Shown here in pieces: positions 1 through 9,411 of a stretch of 64,000 nt of DNA. Numbering within the stretch: the first letter of the stretch is position 1; each line of letters opens with the position of its first letter. Under the pieces are notes generated by a model. It searched no databases. It saw nothing but the letters and a program-made list of their open reading frames with translations, and was not told where the DNA came from. Source of the DNA: a virus. Its lineage: Duplodnaviria; Caudoviricetes. The position numbers were made by a program, and so were the translations under genes. The stretch covers positions 22,688 to 86,687 of the IMG/VR virus record IMGVR_UViG_3300031994_000058, one strand, 5' to 3'.

Positions 1-634
1 AAACAACAGGTACGAGTTCATGCATCATAACGAGGAGTGGGCATGCTACTCTATTCATATCTGGATGCGCCGGTCCCGTAGTATTCGCTGCCCTAAGCTT
101 GAAGAAGTGCCGCCACTCTCTGTAATTTCCGGTAACGACGATTTCTGTTTTCACGCAGTTCGGAAGTACTGCCCTACACTCTTGTGGAGTGTGTCCGCTG
201 TCTCTCAAGTAATAATAGGCGCTCGATGCACTGGTCAAGTATTCATCGAATACCTTCTGGTCATTGAATGTAGCATCATTATACCAAAACGGTCTGATAA
301 ACACGAGTCCACCTGCCTTACCGCCATCGTTATAATCCACGTATCTGGTACTCTCTTGTGCAAACGAGAAGTGTCTATGCCTCACGATTTCATGAGACAC
401 GCCTCGGTCCGTTACAAAACGAACTGACAGAATGGAGTGTTCAAGCATTGCATCATGGCCTCTCTTGATAAGCCCCTTGACAAAACGCTTAGAAACCTCA
501 GGATCGCCATCGGGATTTGCACTCTCACTTTTGTAACAAGTTCTTGCCGCTTCTTCAATGAGGGTATACTCGTTACCCTTGATCGGGGTAAGGATCTCTG
601 TATGCGGGTCAATAATCATATGTGCTTTAGCCAT
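1..634 (-). CDS. thyX: Flavin-dependent thymidylate synthase, 3' end runs off the window
   Basis: Absent from the ORF track. Manual translation from ATG 634 (RBS AAGGAGG) gives MAKAHMII...EEAARTCYKS...GHDAMLEH...DRGVSHEIVRHRHFSFAQESTRY...RAVLPN...NYREWRHFFKLR, containing the ThyX RHRxxSxxQESxRY motif. Confidence 0.95.
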   Translation of the reverse strand, partial: MAKAHMIIDPHTEILTPIKGNEYTLIEEAARTCYKSESANPDGDPEVSKRFVKGLIKRGHDAMLEHSILSVRFVTDRGVSHEIVRHRHFSFAQESTRYVDYNDGGKAGGLVFIRPFWYNDATFNDQKVFDEYLTSASSAYYYLRDSGHTPQECRAVLPNCVKTEIVVTGNYREWRHFFKLRAANTTGPAHPDMNRVACPLLVMMHELVPVV

Positions 635-635
635 T

Positions 636-983
636 TTAGTTTTCCTCCTTGCATTCAACATTACGCCTGCCACAGTTAGGGCAATATCTTGTAAATTCCT
701 TTAAATCTGCGCCGCAAGCACAGCACTCGAACATGTCTGGTTCGTCTACATGTTCAATAATGTGTGTGATTGCTTCAGACTTGACACCGGTCTCAAACTC
801 GTGGAATACAGCATCGCCGAGATTACGAAGATTAGTATATCGATGAAACAGATTCCGAAGCGCCTCAACATGATCGGTAGTTAGACTTTCGCTTGTAAGC
901 TCGTTTTCATAGAGTATTTTATGAAGCTCTCCAGAAAATGTCTCCTCAATAGCCTGTTCATACAGTTCCTTGAAGTCTTTCAT
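636..983 (-). CDS. Hypothetical protein with C-terminal zinc ribbon, paralog of 980..1516
   Basis: CCACG...YCPNCG; N-terminus DFKELYEQAIEETFSGELH shared with neighbour. Confidence 0.75.
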   Translation of the reverse strand: MKDFKELYEQAIEETFSGELHKILYENELTSESLTTDHVEALRNLFHRYTNLRNLGDAVFHEFETGVKSEAITHIIEHVDEPDMFECCACGADLKEFTRYCPNCGRRNVECKEEN

Positions 984-1516
984 TCTTTCTCCTCCTTGAA
1001 ATTAATATTAAATCTGCCGCAATGCGGACAGTATTCTGTGGATTCCAAAAGTTCAGAACAACATCTTGTACATATATAAGGCAAATTCGCGTTCGTGTCG
1101 TGAATTACATCCATGATTCTTGTAAATGCCTTCTGGCCTTCGTCACCTTTCTCACTGTCGTTAGAAGCCACGCATTTATTAAGGTTAGGGGGTGCCATAT
1201 TTTCATAATCTTGTTTGGCCATTATAGCTATCGCTTTAGCAATGATGTCCATTTGATGTTCAGCGTTAATCTGTTCGATCGTCATCTCACTATCTTTTTT
1301 GCTGGCATCCATACGATCTCGCAGTCCGTCATCTACAAATTCAGTATCACCTAATTTGCGAAGATCCTTATATCGTTGGAACAAATTGCGAAAAGCCTCT
1401 CTATTCTCCTTGGAGAGAGGCTTTTCGGTAAGCTCATTGTCATAGAGCATTCTATGAAGTTTTCCCGAAAACGTTGCCTCAATTGCCTGTTCGTACAATG
1501 TCTTGAAGTCTTCCAT
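980..1516 (-). CDS. Hypothetical protein with C-terminal zinc ribbon
   Basis: Start MEDFK at 1516 after AAGGAGG; CTRCC...YCPHCG. Confidence 0.75.
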   Translation of the reverse strand: MEDFKTLYEQAIEATFSGKLHRMLYDNELTEKPLSKENREAFRNLFQRYKDLRKLGDTEFVDDGLRDRMDASKKDSEMTIEQINAEHQMDIIAKAIAIMAKQDYENMAPPNLNKCVASNDSEKGDEGQKAFTRIMDVIHDTNANLPYICTRCCSELLESTEYCPHCGRFNINFKEEKE

Positions 1517-1529
1517 ACATCTTCCTCCT

Positions 1530-1907
1530 TTAACCGTGCTGAACAAAAAGTCCTGTTACAGCTTTCTTAGATTCCTCTGCCAGCGCTTTACGATCAGCAT
1601 TAATCTCGTCTGCCGCCACTCCGATCCATTCACTAACGGCCTCTTCGTTTTCATTTGTTACGAAATCGACCATCGAAATATTTTTGCTATGACACTCGTC
1701 CCATTTCTCAATCATTCGATCAAGGTACCAGCGTGCTTTCTCAAGGTCCTCCTTTCCATTTTTACGAGGCGCTCGAGACACGTATTTAATTACGTTCCCA
1801 AAGTTAAATATCATCGCTTCGGGATAGTTTTTAGAGTATTCCTCGATATAGTCGATAACTTCTATCTTTCCCTGATAGTGATTTGGGTGGTTTACCTTCT
1901 CAGCCAT
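1530..1907 (-). CDS. DUF3310-like (SaV-like) phage protein
   Basis: VNHPNHY..KIEVIDYI...GNVIKYVSRA.RKNGKEDLEKARWYL signature. Confidence 0.85.
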   Translation of the reverse strand: MAEKVNHPNHYQGKIEVIDYIEEYSKNYPEAMIFNFGNVIKYVSRAPRKNGKEDLEKARWYLDRMIEKWDECHSKNISMVDFVTNENEEAVSEWIGVAADEINADRKALAEESKKAVTGLFVQHG

Positions 1908-2003
1908 TGTTTTCTTCCTCCTTTAAGTGTTTAATATAGCATTCAGGATGATAGTACATTTTATCAGTTGTGTACACATGTACAAGCTCACATCGCATGG
2001 TTT

Positions 2004-2324
2004 TCATTCTTTCTTCTCCTTACAAATCGGTGTTCCTGGTTCCGGTGGATTAGTTAACGCATTGACAACGCCAGGCGGATATACATACAAATCGTTTAAA
2101 GACGCGAGCGGTCCGCCAATATCACAGCAAGACGGCGGCAATGGGCTGCAATATGATGGTACTGGTACGCAATAGTCGAGCTCTCTATCTCCGATTTCTT
2201 TGCGCAAAATATCAATCTTTTTATGAAGTTCTTCGCATTCTAAAGCTTGCATTGCGTTGAACTTTGCGGCGATTCTTGCCCAATTTTCGTTAACCTCTTT
2301 CTGAATATCGTCATTCTTCATCAT
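2004..2324 (-). CDS. Hypothetical protein, Pro-rich C-terminus
   Basis: Likely start MMKNDD overlapping the stop of 2311..2580. Confidence 0.6.
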   Translation of the reverse strand: MMKNDDIQKEVNENWARIAAKFNAMQALECEELHKKIDILRKEIGDRELDYCVPVPSYCSPLPPSCCDIGGPLASLNDLYVYPPGVVNALTNPPEPGTPICKEKKE

Positions 2325-2580
2325 CGTCTTCCTCTCCATAATCATAAACCGTATAGAAAAGATGGTCTTTAAAGTCAATCTTTCCGTGATCGAAAAGAGC
2401 CTCAGTGGTTTCTTCCATATACTGGTATACTTGAGAATCGTAGCAATGCGCAATAATAGTTCCGCATTTACACAAACCTACACCAGTAACTGTTCCGAAC
2501 TCATTGTACAAAACAAGCACATCGTCAACCTCGCTGATTCTATATGAACCGAAATTATCACATTGATACCGAATAAGCAT
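2311..2580 (-). CDS. Hypothetical protein
   Basis: GGAGG upstream; fits tiling of minus-strand genes. Confidence 0.65.
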   Translation of the reverse strand: MLIRYQCDNFGSYRISEVDDVLVLYNEFGTVTGVGLCKCGTIIAHCYDSQVYQYMEETTEALFDHGKIDFKDHLFYTVYDYGEEDDDEE

Positions 2581-2581
2581 T

Positions 2582-2785
2582 TTAAACCTCCTGCGTAGTA
2601 AGATCGTCGATTAGAATCTCAATGTCATCAATGAGAGATTCGGCATCATTGCAGAATTTCATCTCATCATCGCTTAGAGTGTATCCTCGCTCCTCGATGA
2701 ATTCCTTTAATTGCGTAAGATGCTGGTATAGCCCAGAAATATCATCGATAAAGGCGGATTTTACAAGATTATTCTCAAAGACCAT
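2582..2785 (-). CDS. Hypothetical protein
   Basis: Tiles with neighbours; acidic helical. Confidence 0.65.
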   Translation of the reverse strand: MVFENNLVKSAFIDDISGLYQHLTQLKEFIEERGYTLSDDEMKFCNDAESLIDDIEILIDDLTTQEV

Positions 2786-3003
2786 TACTCTTCCTCCTCT
2801 GAAAATTCAACGTCAGTTCCAAACATGGCTCTCATATGCGTCCAGGCGTTTTTATTAGTCATGCCAATATCATGGATGACATATAGTCGCTCCCATGAAT
2901 TATTGTGGTTTTGTATATAATCGAAAGTCACGCCCATATTACGGAGTCTTGTTTCGACTCTTACGCAAAGTTGTCTTGTTGTAGTTTTAATTGTTCCAGT
3001 CAT
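2785..3003 (-). CDS. Hypothetical protein
   Basis: Tiles with neighbours; AAGGAG RBS. Confidence 0.65.
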   Translation of the reverse strand: MTGTIKTTTRQLCVRVETRLRNMGVTFDYIQNHNNSWERLYVIHDIGMTNKNAWTHMRAMFGTDVEFSEEEE

Positions 3004-3005
3004 AA

Positions 3006-3284
3006 TTATTTCTCCTTCACATTTAATAAATCACCAAATATAAAATCCTCATGGTGAGAATCTCGTCGAATGAACTGGTCTAAACGTAACCAATATTTAC
3101 GCCAAATCGATTGTTTCTTTTGCTTTTGCATCCAGTCTCGAAGCTCTACAACATCCATAACAAATGCCTTATATGGACCAGTGTTACTTGCTGGAAAATC
3201 ATCGTATTTCCTAATCCACATCCCAACAGTATATGGGCTAATGTCAAGAATACAAGAAACATCACGAATGTTATAGAGTCTCAT
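3006..3284 (-). CDS. MerR/excisionase-like HTH DNA-binding protein
   Basis: YNIRDVSCILDISPYTVGMWIRK winged-HTH pattern. Confidence 0.65.
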   Translation of the reverse strand: MRLYNIRDVSCILDISPYTVGMWIRKYDDFPASNTGPYKAFVMDVVELRDWMQKQKKQSIWRKYWLRLDQFIRRDSHHEDFIFGDLLNVKEK

Positions 3285-3619
3285 TCCTTTTTCGCCTTCT
3301 TTCTATACGACTTTGGCCCGTTAAGCCCAAGTTCGTTACGCTTCTTAAAAACATATTTGTGAAATTCGATTACGTCTGGCGTACCGCAATAGAATTTGTT
3401 CGCATAGAAAGAGACTCTACGATATCTTGGCCCCCATTTGTCAGAATTAGAATTCTTATGCTGAACGAGTAACCAAATATAAACGTCTCCAAGATAGAAT
3501 TTGAACACTTTACTGTTTCCACATTGCGGCATTCCTTGAGTAACCCAGTGTCGAATAGCTCCAGGGCTAACGTTTACGATCTCAGCAAGTTCTTTCGTGT
3601 TAAAAATAAGCTTATCCAT
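3281..3619 (-). CDS. HTH DNA-binding protein (MerR/Nu1-like)
   Basis: FNTKELAEIVNVSPGAIRHWVTQGMP...FYLGDVYIWL. Confidence 0.7.
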   Translation of the reverse strand: MDKLIFNTKELAEIVNVSPGAIRHWVTQGMPQCGNSKVFKFYLGDVYIWLLVQHKNSNSDKWGPRYRRVSFYANKFYCGTPDVIEFHKYVFKKRNELGLNGPKSYRKKAKKE

Positions 3620-3849
3620 TATACACCACCTCCATTATTGTATACATTGATCACAACTGGCTTAGAATTTCTTGAGACAAGACTAAATATAATTGCCGCG
3701 CACGAGAGAATGCAAGCGCCAATTAAAAGCTTTTGTCCATTTTCGCCAGTCGTTGCATTATCAACCTTCTTTTTTACTTCCTTCTTAACAGCCTTAGATG
3801 ATTTCTTAGCAACCTTCTGGCATACAGAATCGATGAGTTCATCAAACAT
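3619..3849 (-). CDS. Small single-pass membrane protein
   Basis: Hydrophobic LLIGACILSCAAIIFSLV; GGAGG RBS. Confidence 0.65.
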   Translation of the reverse strand: MFDELIDSVCQKVAKKSSKAVKKEVKKKVDNATTGENGQKLLIGACILSCAAIIFSLVSRNSKPVVINVYNNGGGV

Positions 3850-3864
3850 ACAAATTTCCTCCTT

Positions 3865-4080
3865 TTAGTCCATGTGAAAATCCGTGTCTTCAAACAAATA
3901 CCACCCATAACACCATGAGGGAAGATAATCAGTATCGAAATATAAATCATCACCCTCAATATACCACTCGATCATTCCGTTGTCACCAAATTCGTATATA
4001 TAGCCTATCTCATATGTATCGAGTAGCGATGTAAATTCTCGAAAAGCGAGAAGACTATCATCCGTTTTGGCAAATATCAA
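3865..4080 (-). CDS. Hypothetical protein, probable paralog of 4096..4335
   Basis: T(D/E)DSL...Y.Y...G..EWY pattern shared with neighbour. Confidence 0.6.
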   Translation of the reverse strand: MIFAKTDDSLLAFREFTSLLDTYEIGYIYEFGDNGMIEWYIEGDDLYFDTDYLPSWCYGWYLFEDTDFHMD

Positions 4081-4095
4081 TTGGAGTACCTCCTT

Positions 4096-4335
4096 TTAGA
4101 ATATTCGCTCTCGTCTTGCAAGTCCCGGCTCCATGCCGATACCGTTGCTAACGCCGATATGAAACGCCTCAAGTATAAAAGGTGGAATCTTTATAAAGCA
4201 TAAATTATCGCATAAAACATACCATTCGAGAACACCACCAATGTTCTTATACATATAAGGAGCATCTATGTATTCGAGCCAGTCAGACAATTTACGAATA
4301 ACTTTTAACGAATCTTCCGTCCTAAGAATCGTCAT
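4096..4335 (-). CDS. Hypothetical protein
   Basis: See neighbour; tiles on the minus strand. Confidence 0.6.
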   Translation of the reverse strand: MTILRTEDSLKVIRKLSDWLEYIDAPYMYKNIGGVLEWYVLCDNLCFIKIPPFILEAFHIGVSNGIGMEPGLARRERIF

Positions 4336-4337
4336 TT

Positions 4338-4526
4338 TTAATCCTTCCTTTCAACCTCCTCATTAAGAAGTCTTTCGAGACATTTATGACAATCACCCTC
4401 GCATTCGTTCGCATATATACCAGTAATGATGTCCCGCATACAGGTTGTTCCATTAGTCGCGTTATCGCTAAGCATATACAAGATGTCAATCATCGCCATC
4501 TTGTTCAGCTTGTCTCTCCATTTCAT
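4338..4526 (-). CDS. Small Cys-containing hypothetical protein
   Basis: Probable start MKWRDKL; CEGDCHKCLERLLNEEV. Confidence 0.5.
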   Translation of the reverse strand: MKWRDKLNKMAMIDILYMLSDNATNGTTCMRDIITGIYANECEGDCHKCLERLLNEEVERKD

Positions 4527-4719
4527 CCTCGCATACCCCTTTCTTTTCTTTACTATAAGCGCAAATATCAATCCAGTTCGAATAATCCCAACAGTCGAAA
4601 CACTCAAATACATCACCAGGTCCGGCATGATAACAATTGCTACAATTTCGTTCCATATTCATTGCTCCATTCAGAAAATAAAAAATGAGGGCAGTTGTAA
4701 AACCACCCTCGACAAACCC

Positions 4720-5196
4720 TTAATCCTTAGCGAACATCTCTTCGACATCTGCCATCATGGATACCGCAATGTCAGGCTCTTCAATGATCGCAACATCGAG
4801 TTCGTCGCCATTGTTAAACACATAAGCGCCGTTCCCGTTATCGAGATTCATCATCATAGCACCGGTAATTGCGTCCAATCTTTGACCAGATTCAGTTACT
4901 AAGTCATGGGGTTCTGTCGGTCCGGCATACGGCCCCCATTCATTGTTCTCCACGAAAAACTTTATCGTTCCCGGAGACTGCTTCTGAATCTTCTCGCCAA
5001 GTGCACGAGCATGGATCTCCATACCATTTGTCTCGCCTCGACTCTCGCCAACCTTATACGCGATTGCTCCAGTAGCAACACTACCAAGAACCGTAGTTCC
5101 GATAGCCGTCAATACCGGATGCTTCTGCGTCCAGTTGTAAGTCTTGACAATGGTATCCTCGACCTTGTCTCTTACTTTCTTCAGCTTTTCATTCAT
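4720..5196 (-). CDS. Hypothetical protein with N-terminal hydrophobic helix
   Basis: Start MNEKLKK after GGAGG, downstream of promoter 5239-5265; terminator hairpin 4687-4710 follows. Confidence 0.7.
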   Translation of the reverse strand: MNEKLKKVRDKVEDTIVKTYNWTQKHPVLTAIGTTVLGSVATGAIAYKVGESRGETNGMEIHARALGEKIQKQSPGTIKFFVENNEWGPYAGPTEPHDLVTESGQRLDAITGAMMMNLDNGNGAYVFNNGDELDVAIIEEPDIAVSMMADVEEMFAKD

Positions 5197-5241
5197 ATTA
5201 TGTACCTCCAAAATATAAAATTTTTCAGGCATCTCTGCCTA

Positions 5242-5766
5242 TTAAGAGCCCTGTCTCGTTTGCGATTCGAATAATGCATCAAACTGACGAATCTCGTAAT
5301 GCGAGAACCAAAACATCTTATTTTGTTTGTTCTTTTCCCATTGATTCTCGTCGTTTGTAAGACCCAAACCGAAGTAGCACTGATATTCCTGTTCTCTTAA
5401 TTTTCCAACGGCCGTTCGTAAGTAGTATCTATATCGAGAAGGATCGTTTGACGATAAATATAAAAAGTCCATGCCTGGCAAGCTATCCATAACTACAAAT
5501 GGTTTGTCTTCGGTGACTATACCATCATGAATATCAACCCGACGAACGAGGTTGCAGTTATGAATGAGCCACATTTGCGTTCTATAAAAACCAATCCACG
5601 ATCCATACACATCTCCGTCACCAATCCATCCGTGAAAGTCATCGACCTCGATTGGTGCTCCGTTTTCATCATAAATATAATCCGGATGGTGCATAAGCGT
5701 CGCATCGGTTTCCGGGTCGATAAGCTTTCCGTTCCTTACGATAATAGCTCCATAAATATCAGACAT
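5242..5766 (-). CDS. Hypothetical protein
   Basis: Start MSDIYG after AAAAGGAGG. Confidence 0.6.
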   Translation of the reverse strand: MSDIYGAIIVRNGKLIDPETDATLMHHPDYIYDENGAPIEVDDFHGWIGDGDVYGSWIGFYRTQMWLIHNCNLVRRVDIHDGIVTEDKPFVVMDSLPGMDFLYLSSNDPSRYRYYLRTAVGKLREQEYQCYFGLGLTNDENQWEKNKQNKMFWFSHYEIRQFDALFESQTRQGS

Positions 5767-5783
5767 GACAATCCGCCTCCTTT

Positions 5784-6221
5784 TTAGAATGGGCATGTAT
5801 GCTCTTGACAATATCCCTCATACGGTGGATCTAAACATGTTTCGGTTTCACCAAGCCTTTCATAACACGGAGTTCCATATATAACAGGATCGCCTTTTAT
5901 ATACGTATCGATAACCGTCTTCTTCTGAACCGTTAAGAAGTTATACGCATCACGAGTCATTTCCTTCACTCGGCATCCAGGCATGAGCATGTCGAGCGCA
6001 TCAAGTCTAAGATGAACCTCGTCTATAATTGTCATGACCTCATCGACAATTTGCGGGTCGTCCATCCATCCGCATTCAATGATCGTCTCGTCCTCTGAGA
6101 TATATTCGGACCCATTTAGACAACATCCACAAGGTTGCTGTGCTCCAAGTAATTCGTTGTATTTGAACACACATGTTTTACAAGGATCTTGTCCGTCATA
6201 AACCGGTTCCATAAATATCAC
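5784..6221 (-). CDS. Cys-rich hypothetical protein
   Basis: CKTC...CGCC and terminal C..C..C. Confidence 0.6.
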   Translation of the reverse strand: MIFMEPVYDGQDPCKTCVFKYNELLGAQQPCGCCLNGSEYISEDETIIECGWMDDPQIVDEVMTIIDEVHLRLDALDMLMPGCRVKEMTRDAYNFLTVQKKTVIDTYIKGDPVIYGTPCYERLGETETCLDPPYEGYCQEHTCPF

Positions 6222-6299
6222 TCCTTTTTAATTGGTAAAAAGAAAAGGGCCCTGTTTAAGAGCCCAATTCCTTCTAAGTCATTTTAACCTCCATTTTAC

Positions 6300-6524
6300 T
6301 TAGAGCGCATTGGTCGGGATGTACGCTGGATATAATGCCTCCTTGATCACGCCATTAAGCGCCAGTTCGAGACTATCGACCTCCGCGAGAAGATCTTCGT
6401 TAAAATCCTCGCCATCTTCGAGAATCTTAGGAAGTCCCTCTGCAAGTTTCATTGCCTCTTTTACGTGGCTGCATACGCACTTCCAAGAAGTTGCATCCTT
6501 CACATCCATAATCTTAATAACCAT
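6300..6524 (-). CDS. Hypothetical protein in a promoter-gene-terminator cassette
   Basis: Promoter 6562-6588, GGAGG, terminator 6247-6265. Confidence 0.7.
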   Translation of the reverse strand: MVIKIMDVKDATSWKCVCSHVKEAMKLAEGLPKILEDGEDFNEDLLAEVDSLELALNGVIKEALYPAYIPTNAL

Positions 6525-6591
6525 ATGTATACCTCCAAATATAAATTTTTGGCTTTCATGCCTATTAGGAGGGCTGTTTCGTTTGCGAGAC

Positions 6592-6810
6592 TTACTTTCT
6601 TACTTGCGACTGAATATAAGCGCTTTTAAGAAGATAGGAAACAAAAATGTTATGAAAGGCATTCGCAATATCGTCCGCAGATCGATGCTCCTTCATTCGA
6701 GTTTTTGTTTGCTCAAGCTCCTTGACGAATTCTTCATTCATCTGCTTCATGAGTTCACCATATGCATTCGTGATGCCGGCAGAAGCGACAGCGTTCGTGT
6801 AATCGTCCAT
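6592..6810 (-). CDS. Hypothetical protein
   Basis: Start MDDYT after GGAGG. Confidence 0.6.
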   Translation of the reverse strand: MDDYTNAVASAGITNAYGELMKQMNEEFVKELEQTKTRMKEHRSADDIANAFHNIFVSYLLKSAYIQSQVRK

Positions 6811-6815
6811 AAATA

Positions 6816-7259
6816 TCAATCCTCCCAATGCATAATAAGTCTATCAAGATACCATCGAGCTTTTTTCAGATCCTCAACGCCATTCTTATGCTTGGCTCTA
6901 AGAACATATTTTACAATATTCCCAAAGCGAAATCCATTGGCGCCGTTGTATTCCTTTCCGAATTCGTCAATAATATCAATGACTTCGAATTTTCCAGAGT
7001 TGTAATGAGACGGATGGTTTACATTATCCGACTCATTTTCTAGAGCTGGACGAATATCAATGAGATCGATAAGATTACGTCCTTCCATTTCGCCATCAAG
7101 AATGATACCATTAGTGTATATGTAGCCCTCTCTTGTACAGTTTCTGATGTAATTGATGACCGATTCATATATAACATCATAGCTGTCTTTGTCGTCGAAC
7201 ATTATTGTCGGTTCGAATGAGTTCTTTACAGGTCCTTCGAACTTGAATTTAACTTTCAT
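6816..7259 (-). CDS. DUF3310-like protein with N-terminal extension (second copy)
   Basis: DNVNHPSHYNSGKFEVIDII...GNIVKYVLRAKHKNGVEDLKKARWYL. Confidence 0.85.
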   Translation of the reverse strand: MKVKFKFEGPVKNSFEPTIMFDDKDSYDVIYESVINYIRNCTREGYIYTNGIILDGEMEGRNLIDLIDIRPALENESDNVNHPSHYNSGKFEVIDIIDEFGKEYNGANGFRFGNIVKYVLRAKHKNGVEDLKKARWYLDRLIMHWED

Positions 7260-7946
7260 TTATTCTACTCCTTTTACTTTCTGCTTTGCACGATACTTCC
7301 AGTTATATACCTGGCTTGTCGAAATTCCAAAATAATTAGCAACGGCATAAGACTTTTCGCTACCCCATTTGTCAAGCCAAAGAGCCGCCTCCTGAGTAGT
7401 TCTGAATAATGGATCGCCTCTCTTGACCCCTCTACGAAGACGAGTTTCCAAATCCATAATGCATTTCTTTGCATCAACCATCGGTTTCTCCGATTCTGTT
7501 ACTGTGGTTACTACTGGTTCGCTTTCTACAACCGATTCTTTAGGCTTGACATACACAGTAGTATCGTCAACGAACAACGATCTCTGAATGAGACCGATAA
7601 TTGTTTCTGTGTCATTTTCTGTGAAAGAATATAAATACTTCGTGAATTCATTAGCGCCCTTGGTCGTGATCTGAGAGATTACCATTTTTGATTCTACATC
7701 GCTAAGCGGATTGTAGAAGCAAATATCAGTGTTTCTCGTATCAGAGGACGTAATATTCGTCGTAAGGGGAACACAAGAAATCATGCTTCCGTTTACACGA
7801 ACAATAAAATAGGGCCTAGAACCATTGAGCGCCTTGTGATTCGCAGCACGAAGGGCGTCCGTCACTGCCTGTTCTTCGCCACAGAACCAAACCTGCCCCT
7901 TCTTAAATTTCTGAATATTAAATTCATACTTCTTGTACATACGCAA
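7260..7946 (-). CDS. PemK/MazF-like domain fused to a C-terminal HTH
   Basis: KKGQVWF...GSRPYFIV...CVPLTT...SKMVISQITT matches the PemK/MazF pattern; YAVANYFGISTSQVYNWKYR is HTH-like. Confidence 0.6.
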   Translation of the reverse strand: MRMYKKYEFNIQKFKKGQVWFCGEEQAVTDALRAANHKALNGSRPYFIVRVNGSMISCVPLTTNITSSDTRNTDICFYNPLSDVESKMVISQITTKGANEFTKYLYSFTENDTETIIGLIQRSLFVDDTTVYVKPKESVVESEPVVTTVTESEKPMVDAKKCIMDLETRLRRGVKRGDPLFRTTQEAALWLDKWGSEKSYAVANYFGISTSQVYNWKYRAKQKVKGVE

Positions 7947-7955
7947 ATCCTCCTT

Positions 7956-8168
7956 TTATTTACCATTACGTACGTCTTTGAGATAACAATCCGTATGCCA
8001 GTAACAATCATGCCCTGACATAACGTAGTCGTCTTCGTTAATGTTTATTTCCTTGTGGCAGCTCATGCATTCTTTTTTATAATCGTTTTGTGTATCCATT
8101 CGTCCTAGTAGTCCGGCAGCAATGATACACAGCACAATGAATATAAAGAATGTTGACTGTTTTTTCAT
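7956..8168 (-). CDS. Small membrane-anchored zinc-finger protein
   Basis: Start MKKQSTF; TM segment then CMSC...H.DC. Confidence 0.6.
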   Translation of the reverse strand: MKKQSTFFIFIVLCIIAAGLLGRMDTQNDYKKECMSCHKEININEDDYVMSGHDCYWHTDCYLKDVRNGK

Positions 8169-8455
8169 TTTGTTACTCCTCTTTGTTGTATACGGTTCAT
8201 CTGTCTGTTCTGTTTTATGTTTACCCACGTTTGAATCGCTTTGTCAGACAAACCGTAAATATAAATGAGATTGGAGACTGCTATTAGCACATCCCCAATC
8301 TCTTCTTCCATATGAGACCCATTCTCCGTCCCTCGAATCTGTTTCGAGATACATTGAATCAGTTCGCTGCATTCTTCTGTTGCGTTTGTTGCCGTATCAA
8401 TTTCTCCAAAATAATCGCAAGATGCCTTGATGAGTTCTTTGTTAATATCAATCAT
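8165..8455 (-). CDS. MazG-like NTP pyrophosphohydrolase
   Basis: Start MIDINK; EECSELIQ...EEEIGDVLI acidic motif. Confidence 0.8.
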   Translation of the reverse strand: MIDINKELIKASCDYFGEIDTATNATEECSELIQCISKQIRGTENGSHMEEEIGDVLIAVSNLIYIYGLSDKAIQTWVNIKQNRQMNRIQQRGVTK

Positions 8456-8966
8456 TATTCTGTTGTGTCTCCTTTTCAACTTTATACAGTCGATGCGGAA
8501 GAACGTCTGTAATCTTCCATTCTCCAGATGCTGTCTTGTACGGAACGAAAAGCTCGGCATCTGTCCATCCGAACTCTCTCCATTCCTGTGGAATATCATT
8601 GCTTTCCGGATATGGCAGATGCTCGGTGACAGATCGCTCAAGCATGAACTCAGCGAATGTAACATAGCCCTCATCCTTAATCGCCTGCACGATATCGCAC
8701 ATTGAGGTATACGCCGATGCCTGAGTCTCAAACGTCATCGGAACGAGGTTGAAGTCATAGTCAAGTTTAACATCCTCATCGACGTTCTCGACAGCGCCTT
8801 CTCCTTTGAACTTCGTCGTGCAAATATCAAGAGACTCTGCAACTCTGTCACAAACGCCCTTAACTGTTGCTTTGATTTGATCCTTTCTCTCGACGCCGAG
8901 ATTTGCAACATATCCTACAGCAGCACCAAGACCAAACAGAATAAGACTTTTTCTTGTGTTATTCAT
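8448..8966 (-). CDS. Hypothetical protein, N-terminal hydrophobic helix
   Basis: GYVTFAEF...FGWTD resembles the C-terminal domain of 11534..12214. Confidence 0.6.
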   Translation of the reverse strand: MNNTRKSLILFGLGAAVGYVANLGVERKDQIKATVKGVCDRVAESLDICTTKFKGEGAVENVDEDVKLDYDFNLVPMTFETQASAYTSMCDIVQAIKDEGYVTFAEFMLERSVTEHLPYPESNDIPQEWREFGWTDAELFVPYKTASGEWKITDVLPHRLYKVEKETQQNND

Positions 8967-8980
8967 AACATAATCCTCCT

Positions 8981-9382
8981 TTAATCAATGTTATTCATTT
9001 TACAGAAAGCAAAACGCTCACTATATGAATGAAGATCGTGCAAATGCTCGTTCAACGTATTCTCAATGAGATCGAGCAGTTCATCTTTTTCGGGTGTCCT
9101 TTCCAAAATATGAAAATCAATGACTACCACGGAATACCCTTCGTTGAGTTTAAGCCAGTCTTTAACGTCATTGAGTGTTGTGTTGTTGGTAATCGACGCA
9201 GCGATGAGAAATTCGTCCTCGAGACCGCGCCGAATATCATCAATTGAACTCTCTGGCGTGAAACCTCTATACCCAAGATAATCGCCCACTGCAAAACCGA
9301 AATCTTCGAAAAGACCGAGTTTAAGTCCTTTCGCAGTGTCCGGAACCAGGTCGATAATATTATGCTTTTCTACATACATCAT
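8981..9382 (-). CDS. Hypothetical protein
   Basis: Start MMYVEKH after AAAGGAGG. Confidence 0.6.
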   Translation of the reverse strand: MMYVEKHNIIDLVPDTAKGLKLGLFEDFGFAVGDYLGYRGFTPESSIDDIRRGLEDEFLIAASITNNTTLNDVKDWLKLNEGYSVVVIDFHILERTPEKDELLDLIENTLNEHLHDLHSYSERFAFCKMNNID

Positions 9383-9411
9383 AACAATTTCCTCCTTTGA
9401 AAATATAAAAC

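Noticed and set aside
412-612. 66-aa minus-strand ORF from the track
   Set aside because: Out-of-frame overlap inside thyX, which the track missed because it runs off the window.
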